Notes under the pieces: model-generated
Told to the model about the DNA's origin: nothing
The model's database searches: none
What the model saw: only the letters and a program-made list of their open reading frames with translations
Shown: positions 47,180 through 56,279 of the stretch, in pieces
Layout: each line of letters begins with the position of its first letter
Position numbering within the stretch: position 1 is the stretch's first letter
Assembly (NCBI GenBank): GCA_043822065.1
Contig: JBDRCC010000020.1
Span: 80,598-144,597 of the forward strand
Reading direction: 5' to 3'
DNA from: an archaeon
GTDB lineage: Archaea > Undinarchaeota > CAZHTU01 > JBDRCC01
DNA length: 64,000 nt
Position numbers and translations under genes: made by a program

Positions 47180-48322
47180 CTAAAGTACGAAGTTGAAGAC
47201 GTATCCGAGCAAAAGTATCTGCGGCACGGTTATTACAGGCAGCCAAAGCGCCGTCCTCCTTCCAATGTTCGACCACAGCACGCCTATTTCGGTGTAATCA
47301 GTTGCAACGCCCGCCATGAGGAAGACAAAGCTGTTTCCGAATGCCCCAGTCTGCCTGAAAATCTCGAACGCCATTGGCGAGCTGCCCTCTGAGCAAATCT
47401 CAATTACTGTCGCCACCGTAAGAGTCACAAGCATGCCGAGCGCGCTGGCGCCCATGAACCTCATAAAAAAGTGCTCAGGGACGAACGCCCTCGCGGTCGC
47501 AGCGAACATCATCCCGATTATTATCCACCAGACCACCATCCTGGTGAGCGACCAGCAGCCCATCAGGACCCCGCTCAGCATCTCACCGGCCTGCTTTGGC
47601 GACTTCCTGTAGGCCGCCCACCGCCTCCTGACGTCCTTTCTTATGGAAAAGCCGCTCGAAACCTTGACGCTGTTTGGGTTCCTGTCCATTTTTCCAATCC
47701 CATCAAGGGCCTGGTAGGCAAAGCCCGTTATAACGGCTATCACTATCGCTGACGCCACAAGATACAGGGCTTTAAACCCGAAAAAGCCGAACAGGAGGAT
47801 GGTCACTGGCAGGTTTGCCCATGGGCTTGCAAGAAGGAATGCCACCACCGCCGGGACAGATGCTCCCTTTTTGTATAACTGCACGGACAGGGCGAGAATT
47901 CCGTGGCTGCATGCGCTCATCATAAACCCAAGCAGGACGGCATACAGCACCGTGATTCTTTTCGTGCCTGAAAGGTACTTGGATATGTACTCCTTCGGGA
48001 TGAAGTAATCTATTGCCCCGCCCAAGCCGAGCCCGAGCAGTATTGCCCACCAGATTATCCTGAAATAGTCCAGAAACGCCAAGCGCCACGGCATCAGCGG
48101 CTCAACAAAATACGATGCTCCAAGAATGCCTACAGCAACAAGCGAAACGATGTAAACCTTCTCTTTGTACCAAGGGTGGCTCTCTTTTCCGCATGCTATG
48201 CAGATTGAGTGCGGGATTTTGTTCTCTTTCTCGTATTTCCTAAGGCAGCGCTCGCTGCAGAAATACTCACCGTGCATGGGAATTGTCCCGTCCATTCCGC
48301 AGACAGGGCATTTTTTAGCCAT
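47180..48322 (-). CDS. DUF318/ArsP-like permease with N-terminal TRASH/YHS-like metal-binding domain
   Basis: CPVCGM...YFCSERC; ACSHG and ICSEG TM motifs; AFLLASP. Confidence 0.85.
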   Translation of the reverse strand: MAKKCPVCGMDGTIPMHGEYFCSERCLRKYEKENKIPHSICIACGKESHPWYKEKVYIVSLVAVGILGASYFVEPLMPWRLAFLDYFRIIWWAILLGLGLGGAIDYFIPKEYISKYLSGTKRITVLYAVLLGFMMSACSHGILALSVQLYKKGASVPAVVAFLLASPWANLPVTILLFGFFGFKALYLVASAIVIAVITGFAYQALDGIGKMDRNPNSVKVSSGFSIRKDVRRRWAAYRKSPKQAGEMLSGVLMGCWSLTRMVVWWIIIGMMFAATARAFVPEHFFMRFMGASALGMLVTLTVATVIEICSEGSSPMAFEIFRQTGAFGNSFVFLMAGVATDYTEIGVLWSNIGRRTALWLPVITVPQILLLGYVFNFVL

Positions 48323-48327
48323 GCCTG

Positions 48328-48663
48328 CTAGAACACGTCCACGCTATATATTGCTTCCCACTTTCCGTGGATGTTGCAGCTTTCCCTCGCAGCAAGGCTG
48401 CCTGATTTTGAAAGCTTTATCCTAAAAACCGCTTCCGCTACTGTGTCTGGAGGGACCTTGAAGCCCTTTTTGGCTATCTCCTTTCCCCCGAACCAGAGCG
48501 AGACCCACTCTATATGGTGCGCCCCTTCCATAGGGTGCGGGACGCTCCCGACATTCACCCTCACTTCAAACTCCTTTCCGGCTGAAATCCTCTTAGGCAG
48601 TTCTGCTACCGGCAGGTGCTTTTCGTTTCCAGGCGCTTCCTTGTGCTTATATTCTGAGTCCAT
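48328..48663 (-). CDS. Superoxide reductase (1Fe, neelaredoxin-type)
   Basis: EKHLP, HPM...HHIEW, CNIHG. Confidence 0.92.
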   Translation of the reverse strand: MDSEYKHKEAPGNEKHLPVAELPKRISAGKEFEVRVNVGSVPHPMEGAHHIEWVSLWFGGKEIAKKGFKVPPDTVAEAVFRIKLSKSGSLAARESCNIHGKWEAIYSVDVF

Positions 48664-48671
48664 TTTTCCAC

Positions 48672-48785
48672 CTACTGCAGGGTCATGTCCTGGCCGCAGC
48701 AGACCAGAGTACCGGCTCCAGCCCCGACAACCTTGACCTTGTTCCCGCAGATTTCACACAGGTATGTCTGTCCAATCTTAGTCAT
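48672..48785 (-). CDS. Stand-alone desulforedoxin (37 aa, not in ORF track)
   Basis: MTKIGQTYLCEICGNKVKVVGAGAGTLVCCGQDMTLQ; CxxC...CCG..M motif. Confidence 0.88.
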   Translation of the reverse strand: MTKIGQTYLCEICGNKVKVVGAGAGTLVCCGQDMTLQ

Positions 48786-48793
48786 TTTTCCCC

Positions 48794-48904
48794 CTATTCA
48801 CAGTTGCACTCCAATCCCGTTTCATCGCATTTGCACAGATCCTTTCCGCAGTTCGGCATGTCGCACTTCTCACTATCTTCCTTCTTTTTCTTTTTCCAAA
48901 ACAT
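48794..48904 (-). CDS. Cys-rich microprotein (36 aa, metallothionein-like)
   Basis: MFWKKKKKEDSEKCDMPNCGKDLCKCDETGLECNCE; tiles the gap with 1-nt and 8-nt spacers. Confidence 0.6.
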   Translation of the reverse strand: MFWKKKKKEDSEKCDMPNCGKDLCKCDETGLECNCE

Positions 48905-48905
48905 C

Positions 48906-49007
48906 TTATCCGCAGCAGCCGCACCTGCAGTCGCAATCCACCATCTTCTTGCCGCAGCACATGGCAGACGTCCTAGAATGCTTTCCGCATTTTTTGCAGT
49001 GGTACAT
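48906..49007 (-). CDS. Cys-rich microprotein (33 aa, 9 Cys, metallothionein-like; not in ORF track)
   Basis: MYHCKKCGKHSRTSAMCCGKKMVDCDCRCGCCG; GAGGAG 8 nt upstream. Confidence 0.68.
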   Translation of the reverse strand: MYHCKKCGKHSRTSAMCCGKKMVDCDCRCGCCG

Positions 49008-49019
49008 GCTCTTTGCTCC

Positions 49020-49241
49020 TCAATCGTGCTCTTCGAACACCTTATTCTGGACTTCGTCGCTCTTCCTGAGGTACTCCACGAGCATCGCCACATGCTCCTT
49101 CTCCTCGTTCATGTTGTGGGTCAGGACTTTTTTCAACTCCTCATCATGGGTCGTGTCTATCCGCCCCTGGTACTTGTTTATCGCGTCCAGCTCTTCAATC
49201 AGTGACTGCCTTGCAAAATTCAAATCCATCGAACTTACCAT
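49020..49241 (-). CDS. Short ferritin-like protein of the encapsulin-cargo (EncFtn-like) type
   Basis: SLIEELDAINKY...HNMNEEKEHVAML; GGAGGT upstream; start at MVSSM. Confidence 0.82.
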   Translation of the reverse strand: MVSSMDLNFARQSLIEELDAINKYQGRIDTTHDEELKKVLTHNMNEEKEHVAMLVEYLRKSDEVQNKVFEEHD

Positions 49242-49242
49242 T

Positions 49243-49746
49243 TTAACCTCCAAAGACCATGAATTTCGAACCATCGGTGCCGCACAGCGGGCACCTGCCC
49301 GGCCTTGACTCGTGTGTATACCCACATACCGGGCATACATAAAACTCTTTCTGCCGGATGTCCCCTCCTGACTCAAATGTTTCTAGGGCTTTCCTGAAAA
49401 GGCCCTCATGTATCTTCTCAACCTCGTTTGCCCAGTTGAAGGTCTTCCAGGCATCGTCGTTTTTTTCCTCTTTTGCATTCTTCATGAATTCAGGGTACAT
49501 CTTCTGGTGCTCGTAGGCTTCACCCTCAATCGCCTTTTTGAGGTTCTCTTTTGTATCCTTAACACCGTTCATTATGCCAAGGTGGTTGTGCGCGTGCACA
49601 GTCTCCGCCTCGGCAATTGCCCGGAACATGTTAGCGATATTCTTTTTGCCGTCCTTCTCCGCCCTCTTTGCAAAGGCAAGATACGCCCTGTTTGCCTGGC
49701 TCTCGCCGGCGAAGGCGGCCTTCAAATTTTCATCAGTTTTCCCCAT
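49243..49746 (-). CDS. rbr: Rubrerythrin
   Basis: AFAGESQA, EAETVHA, EKIH, CPVCGY...CPLCG. Confidence 0.95.
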   Translation of the reverse strand: MGKTDENLKAAFAGESQANRAYLAFAKRAEKDGKKNIANMFRAIAEAETVHAHNHLGIMNGVKDTKENLKKAIEGEAYEHQKMYPEFMKNAKEEKNDDAWKTFNWANEVEKIHEGLFRKALETFESGGDIRQKEFYVCPVCGYTHESRPGRCPLCGTDGSKFMVFGG

Positions 49747-49757
49747 GTCCCCTCCAA

Positions 49758-49798
49758 AACCTTATAAGCAATACTAATTTTAGCTCACTTATAACTAT
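49758..49798. promoter_or_regulatory. Divergent promoter region between the two rubrerythrin-type genes
   Basis: Two TTATAA boxes (about 49762 and 49789) flanking the small palindrome CTAA-TT-TTAG. Confidence 0.45.
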
Positions 49799-49818
49799 TC
49801 TGTTCTAGGAGGTATATC

Positions 49819-50340
49819 ATGATGCAAGTGTTCCGGTGCAAGATATGCGGAGACCCATACATAGGCGAGGCGGCACCGACCCACTGCCCGTTCTGCGGCG
49901 CGCCAAAAAAATACATAATCCTTGCGAAGGACTACGTTGAACCGATTATAAAGAGTATGTCCGAGGCTTCACGGAAGAACCTCGAAGCGGCGGTAAAGCT
50001 CGAAGCGAGCAACTCCGCGTTCTATAAATGCGCCTCAACCAAGGCGCTGGCGAAGAAGGACCAAATCGGGTACGCAATGTTCAAGGCGCTTTCGAAAGTC
50101 GAAGCTGAGCATGCAATAACCCTGGCAAAGGCGCTCGGCGCCCCGCGCCCGGAAATGGGCGAGGAAAGCTGCTCTGCAGAGTTCCCAGAGAACGTTGCCA
50201 GCGCCAAGCAGAGGGAGGCGCGCGCAACCAAGCACTACGGCGAGTTCCTTGCCGCAGCCACTGAGCCAAGGCTGAAGGAAATCTTCGGTGCACTAATCGA
50301 GGTGGAGAAGACCCACGCGGAGTTGCTAAACTCAATATGA
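49819..50340 (+). CDS. Reverse-rubrerythrin-like protein (rubredoxin plus ferritin-like domain)
   Basis: CKICG...CPFCGA, then E..EAEH / E..EKTH diiron motifs. Confidence 0.88.
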   Translation: MMQVFRCKICGDPYIGEAAPTHCPFCGAPKKYIILAKDYVEPIIKSMSEASRKNLEAAVKLEASNSAFYKCASTKALAKKDQIGYAMFKALSKVEAEHAITLAKALGAPRPEMGEESCSAEFPENVASAKQREARATKHYGEFLAAATEPRLKEIFGALIEVEKTHAELLNSI

Positions 50341-51326
50341 GCCAGATGCTAAAAAAGCTGCAGCGCCGGCTGGACGGGAACACACTGTTCCTGATAAACC
50401 TCCGCCAGAGGGACCCGAATTTAGTTTACCTCACCGGCCTCTCTGGTGCCTACGGCGGCTGCGCCCTTATGGCGACCGCAAGCCGTACCGTGTTTCTTGT
50501 CAACGAGATGGAATTCGGGCATGCCAAGTCCGAGCTCGCCATCCCTGTCAAGCAGGTCAAGGATGTCTTCGAATACTTGAAGAAAAACCGGGAGGGCAAT
50601 ATACTCGCAAACGAGAAATTTGTCCCGCATTCCACCTACTTAAAACTCCGCAAAGCAGGTCCTGTAAAAGACTGCTCTGACCAGCTCTTCAAGATGCGGA
50701 TGGTCAAGGAGAATGAAGAGATAGAAAAAATCCATGCCGCAAAGAAAATCGCACTCTCTGCGTACAACAAGCTGAACCTCCGCATGCCGGAAGCCGAAAT
50801 CGCCCGCGACTTCGCATACCTTATCTCTGACAGGGCAGAGCCCGCATTCGAGACGATATCCGCCGCGGACTCTAACTCGACAAAGCCGCACTATACTACC
50901 GGAAGAAAAAAGGCGAAACGCCTTTTGCTCTTCGACTTCGGCGCGAAGTACCAGAACTACTGCTCAGACCTGACGCGGATGAAGTTCTTCAAAAAGACGC
51001 CAGCCATGAAAAAGGTCGAGGAAGCCGTCCTCTCCGCAAGGGACGCAGCAATCGATGCTGCAAAACCGGGCGCTACGGCTGGCGATGTCGCGAAAGCTGC
51101 AAATTCTGGGATACGAAAGGCAGGGTTCGGAAAATACATCCTCCACAGCATAGGCCACGGCATCGGCGTCGAAGTGCACGAGGAGCCGTTCTTCGGCGAG
51201 AAGTCAAAGACCATACTTGAGCCAGGAATGGCATTCACAATTGAGCCGGGAATATACACAAAGACGTTCGGCGTCAGAATCGAGGACGACTACGTCCTCA
51301 CAAAAAACGGCTGCGGGCTAATATAG
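50337..51326 (+). CDS. Xaa-Pro peptidase (M24 family)
   Basis: PHY, DFGA..YCSDLTR, HSIGHGIG.EVHE, TIEPGIY, GVRIED. Confidence 0.92.
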   Translation: MSQMLKKLQRRLDGNTLFLINLRQRDPNLVYLTGLSGAYGGCALMATASRTVFLVNEMEFGHAKSELAIPVKQVKDVFEYLKKNREGNILANEKFVPHSTYLKLRKAGPVKDCSDQLFKMRMVKENEEIEKIHAAKKIALSAYNKLNLRMPEAEIARDFAYLISDRAEPAFETISAADSNSTKPHYTTGRKKAKRLLLFDFGAKYQNYCSDLTRMKFFKKTPAMKKVEEAVLSARDAAIDAAKPGATAGDVAKAANSGIRKAGFGKYILHSIGHGIGVEVHEEPFFGEKSKTILEPGMAFTIEPGIYTKTFGVRIEDDYVLTKNGCGLI

Positions 51327-51731
51327 TTCAAGGAAAACCTCTATCTGCTGGTTCTCGCCCTTCAGCTTTTCTTTAAACTCTTTGGAGAAATCCTTCGCTG
51401 CCTTGTCAGCGCGTATCGCAAGCGTCCTGTTTGAAGCAAAATCAGTTTTTCTCACCACCATCTCAGTTGGGTGGCTCAACTCCAAGTCCGGCGAGCCGCG
51501 TGCATCTACCACTTCCTCTAAGCCCCCTGCAACGAGCCTTACGGTCAGGTTGCGGCCTTTCCTCAGCATCTGCTTAAATGCAGGCGATAACTCATTCAGC
51601 CCCCTGTCAGCCCTTACTCCGACTATGCAGTCGCCGGTTTTGCTCAGCTCAGCGTCCTTGGTAATCTCTAAGGTCGTCGGATGGCTGGCAGAAATGTTTT
51701 TATGCCCAAAGCACACTATCTTCTCTATCAC
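51318..51731 (-). CDS. DUF371 family protein
   Basis: GHKNISASHPTTLEITKD..L...GDCIVGV.AD; GTG start at 51731. Confidence 0.85.
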   Translation of the reverse strand: MIEKIVCFGHKNISASHPTTLEITKDAELSKTGDCIVGVRADRGLNELSPAFKQMLRKGRNLTVRLVAGGLEEVVDARGSPDLELSHPTEMVVRKTDFASNRTLAIRADKAAKDFSKEFKEKLKGENQQIEVFLELY

Positions 51732-52505
51732 ATGGCAAAGAAAATCAAACTTGCAATTATAGGTTGTGGTGCCATAGGCAAATACGTCTACGATTACGCC
51801 AGCAAACGCATGAAGGCCGAGTATGACGTTGTGCGTGTTCTTGACAAAAACGCGAGAGCCATTTTCGGGATAGGCAATATCACAGACGATTTCGATGAAT
51901 TTATGCGCGGTCTGGATGCGGACATTGTCTTGGAGTGCGCCAGCCATGCGGCAGTCCGCGACTATGCAGAACGGGTGCTCGAATCCGGCAAGGACCTGAT
52001 TGTGATGAGTACCGGGGCCTTCCTGCTGTACGATAGACTGCTCCAGAGGCTTGAGAAAATCGCAAAAGAAAAAAATATCAAGATTTACGTCCCTGCCGGG
52101 GCGTTTGGCGGCATAGATGCCCTTGCAGCGGCAGCTGTCGGCAAAATTAACAGGGTCAGGCTGGAAACGGAAAAGCCCAAAGGAAGCCTGAAGCCGGCAT
52201 CCGGCGGCAAACCGCACCAGCTTAAGAGTGCAACTGCCCTGGAAGCTGTCAGGGAGTACCCGCGCAACGTGAACATCGCCGCAACCATAGCCATTGCGGG
52301 GGCCGGAAAAGAGAGGAAATTTGTCAATGTGATCCCAAAAAATAACGGCATGAATACTCACCGCCTTGAGGTCGACGGCGAATTCGGGGATTTTGTATTC
52401 AGAATCAGCAGCAAGCCTTCGGAAAATGCCTCAACGTCTGCCATTGCGGCAATGAGCGCGGTTGCCTGCCTGAAAAAAATTGCTAGCCCCCTGCAGATAG
52501 GATAA
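51732..52505 (+). CDS. nadX: L-aspartate dehydrogenase
   Basis: IIGCGAIG, ECAS, MSTGAF, GAFGGIDAL, YPRNVNIAA, NTH. Confidence 0.85.
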   Translation: MAKKIKLAIIGCGAIGKYVYDYASKRMKAEYDVVRVLDKNARAIFGIGNITDDFDEFMRGLDADIVLECASHAAVRDYAERVLESGKDLIVMSTGAFLLYDRLLQRLEKIAKEKNIKIYVPAGAFGGIDALAAAAVGKINRVRLETEKPKGSLKPASGGKPHQLKSATALEAVREYPRNVNIAATIAIAGAGKERKFVNVIPKNNGMNTHRLEVDGEFGDFVFRISSKPSENASTSAIAAMSAVACLKKIASPLQIG

Positions 52506-53019
52506 GCTCGTCGAGTCCGTCAACATAATTCAAGTAATCTACAATGCCGTATCTTGCTTCATTTTTGCCGTCTATAACGTTTATTGCCTCCTGTATGCTG
52601 GCCTGCAAGCTTGTGGTGTTGTCAATTTCAGCGACCAGCTGGTTGTGTTCCAGCGCTTGCTGCAGGCAGTAGTCCAGGCATTCCGCCTCCGCATTCTCCC
52701 TGACTTTTTTGAAAGGGTAGTTTCTCGCGACAAGCCTTTTGACAAGCTCTCCCGGATGGCATCTTATCACGAAAACAATGTCTGCCGGAATAAGCTCTGC
52801 GTAATTCGAGACGAATATTACATCGCCCTTGTCCTTGAGCAGCTCCTTTAGCTTTTTTACATTCACTTCGAGGGTGTGCCTTTCCTCGTCCGGAGTTGTC
52901 AATCCCTTCTCCTTTGCAAAGCTCCCAAGGTCAATTAGCTCAAACTTCAGCCTCTCAGCCAGCCTTCTTGCAATGGTGTGCTTGCCAGTCCCAGGTGTCC
53001 CGGTTACAGAAATCCGCAT
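52483..53019 (-). CDS. Adenylate kinase 6/Fap7-like kinase
   Basis: VTGTPGTGK, RNYPFKKVRENAEAE. Confidence 0.88.
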   Translation of the reverse strand: MRISVTGTPGTGKHTIARRLAERLKFELIDLGSFAKEKGLTTPDEERHTLEVNVKKLKELLKDKGDVIFVSNYAELIPADIVFVIRCHPGELVKRLVARNYPFKKVRENAEAECLDYCLQQALEHNQLVAEIDNTTSLQASIQEAINVIDGKNEARYGIVDYLNYVDGLDELILSAGG

Positions 53020-54404
<1,385 letters not shown>

Positions 54405-54449
54405 TTATATCGCAATTCTTAAGTACTGGCTCTTTTTATCTTTATCCAA

Positions 54450-55301
54450 ATGATACTATCCCTAAGCCACCAGGCGCTCTGGAACTTCTCGACCAGCACA
54501 TTCCTTAACGTCGCGAAGGACTACTTCCGCGGGGTCGAGCTCGTAGACGAGCCAAGGCTCTTCAGCTGGGAGCTTGAGGACAACCTCCAGCCGGTCAAGG
54601 AAAAGCTTTCGACCATGGACATGCGGGTCACGCTGCATGCCGCCTACCGCGACCTGAACATCTCTTCCACAATCCCTCCTGTCAGGTCCCTAAGCATCGA
54701 GCTCATCAACCGCTCGATAGACAAGGCAGCCGAGCTTAACGCCGAGGTCGTCACCGTGCATCCAGGCAAGATGTCCGGGCGCAAGATTGACAAGGCAGAC
54801 GCGGAGATGCTCCTTGTCGAGAGCCTCGACAAGATATGCAAGCACGCAGAGGAGCGGAATGTCAAGGTGGCGCTTGAAAACATGACGCCAGGTCCAAAGA
54901 AGCTCTGCCAGACGCCCGAGGACTTCCTCAACATACTCTCAAAGGTCAATTCCAGCGCACTCGGCATCTGCGTTGACTTTTCCCACGTCCACCTTATGAA
55001 ATACCGCCCTGACAAATTTGTCGAGCCGATAAAGAAGCACATAATTAACGTCCACCTGTCAGATTCCGCTGCGGACGAGGACCACCTCTACCTTGGCGGG
55101 GGCATGATTGACGTCGAGGAGATATTCGAGCTGCTCGGCGACATCGGATACACCCGCTCCTGCGTCCTTGAATTCTGGTTCCCGAAAGACCCGCTTGAGG
55201 GGCTCCTGAAATCCGCAAAGACTGTGCGCGAGGCTTTTGACAAGATAGAGCAGAAGCGGCTTGCCCCGCCAAAAAAAGCTAAGACTTCCTCGCGAAAGTG
55301 A
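54450..55301 (+). CDS. Xylose isomerase-like TIM barrel (sugar phosphate isomerase/AP endonuclease 2 family)
   Basis: TLHA...DLN, VHPG, ALENM, CVDFSH, VHLSD, DHL, VLE. Confidence 0.85.
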   Translation: MILSLSHQALWNFSTSTFLNVAKDYFRGVELVDEPRLFSWELEDNLQPVKEKLSTMDMRVTLHAAYRDLNISSTIPPVRSLSIELINRSIDKAAELNAEVVTVHPGKMSGRKIDKADAEMLLVESLDKICKHAEERNVKVALENMTPGPKKLCQTPEDFLNILSKVNSSALGICVDFSHVHLMKYRPDKFVEPIKKHIINVHLSDSAADEDHLYLGGGMIDVEEIFELLGDIGYTRSCVLEFWFPKDPLEGLLKSAKTVREAFDKIEQKRLAPPKKAKTSSRK

Positions 55302-56004
55302 GAAACGCAGTGTGCCCTATTCCCTGGGTCTTTGGCCTTGTTTTGTTGTCGCCTATTTCCCACTCACGCTCAATTATCTCCTTTGTCCTTATGTACCTGA
55401 AGCCGCCAAGCTTCTGGTAAACCCTCTGGACCTGCTCGATGACTGGCGAGTAGACAATCAAATATCCCCCTGGCTTCAGGCACTTCTTGGCAGTTTCAAC
55501 CGCCAGCTCAGGCGAGCCCATGTCAAGCACAAACACGTCGCACTTCTCCTTCACGCCCTGGCAGACGTCCTTGTTCCGCAGGACTGCATTCTTCGCTCCG
55601 GCAAGCCTAATATTCTTTTTTGCCACCTCAAAAAAGTCCGCTCTAATCTCATAGGAATAAACCTTCTTCGCTATGCCTGCAAGGAAAATGCAGAGCGCCC
55701 CAGAGCCAGTCCCGGCTTCGATGACAACGTCTTTTTTGCTCAGGCCAGTGTACGCGGCTATAATCCCCGAATCCTTCAGGGTGATAATCTGCGGCATCCG
55801 CCTTATCTTCCTGAGCATGTCAGGGAGCCGCGGCTCAAGGCAGAAGAACTCCACCCCCATATGGCTCTTCACCGTTATGCCGTACTTTTTTCCTATTAAC
55901 GCGCCGAGGTCTATCTCGCCGTGCTGGGTGCTGAACTTCTTTTTTTCCACCCTGACCACGTAGCTCCGCGGCCCGGAAAGGAGGACCCAGTCGCCGGATT
56001 TCAT
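55279..56004 (-). CDS. trmI: tRNA (adenine-57/58-N1) methyltransferase
   Basis: PQIITLKD, EAGTGSG, LDM, TRP...GHTAFL. Confidence 0.92.
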   Translation of the reverse strand: MKSGDWVLLSGPRSYVVRVEKKKFSTQHGEIDLGALIGKKYGITVKSHMGVEFFCLEPRLPDMLRKIRRMPQIITLKDSGIIAAYTGLSKKDVVIEAGTGSGALCIFLAGIAKKVYSYEIRADFFEVAKKNIRLAGAKNAVLRNKDVCQGVKEKCDVFVLDMGSPELAVETAKKCLKPGGYLIVYSPVIEQVQRVYQKLGGFRYIRTKEIIEREWEIGDNKTRPKTQGIGHTAFLTFARKS

Positions 56005-56243
56005 GCGGCACCCCGCATCAGCATGGGCAGAAGGAACACAACCAGGAATATTGCAAACGCCGCTACCGTAATCATTCTTAGCATGCGCGGGTCGTTCCCG
56101 AACCCGAACGGTATCGGGCCGATAAAGCCGGCAACTGCGACCTTCGATTCGCCGCTTGCCGCCCCTGAAACGCTTCCTGCGATTACCAGCAGTATTCCTA
56201 TGAATACTGTTATAAATCCGATTGTAATTAGGTACTCACTCAT
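56001..56243 (-). CDS. Small membrane protein (DUF131-like)
   Basis: Two TM helices flanking the FIGPIPFGFG motif. Confidence 0.75.
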   Translation of the reverse strand: MSEYLITIGFITVFIGILLVIAGSVSGAASGESKVAVAGFIGPIPFGFGNDPRMLRMITVAAFAIFLVVFLLPMLMRGAA

Positions 56244-56279
56244 AAATAACCTAAAGAAGAGTTTTTTAAATTGGTTGCG

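Noticed and set aside
48905-49093. N-terminal part of the 99-aa ORF 48794-49093
   Set aside because: It overlaps the ferritin-like and 33-aa genes out of frame; ATG 48904 is the more parsimonious start.
48685-49308. Plus-strand Cys/His-containing ORFs over the stress island
   Set aside because: Minus-strand small ORFs tile the region with SD sites and recognisable motifs, so the plus-strand ORFs are shadows.
51732-52361. 210-aa N-terminal extension of the 347-aa minus-strand ORF
   Set aside because: It is antisense to nadX; DUF371 similarity starts only at GTG 51731.
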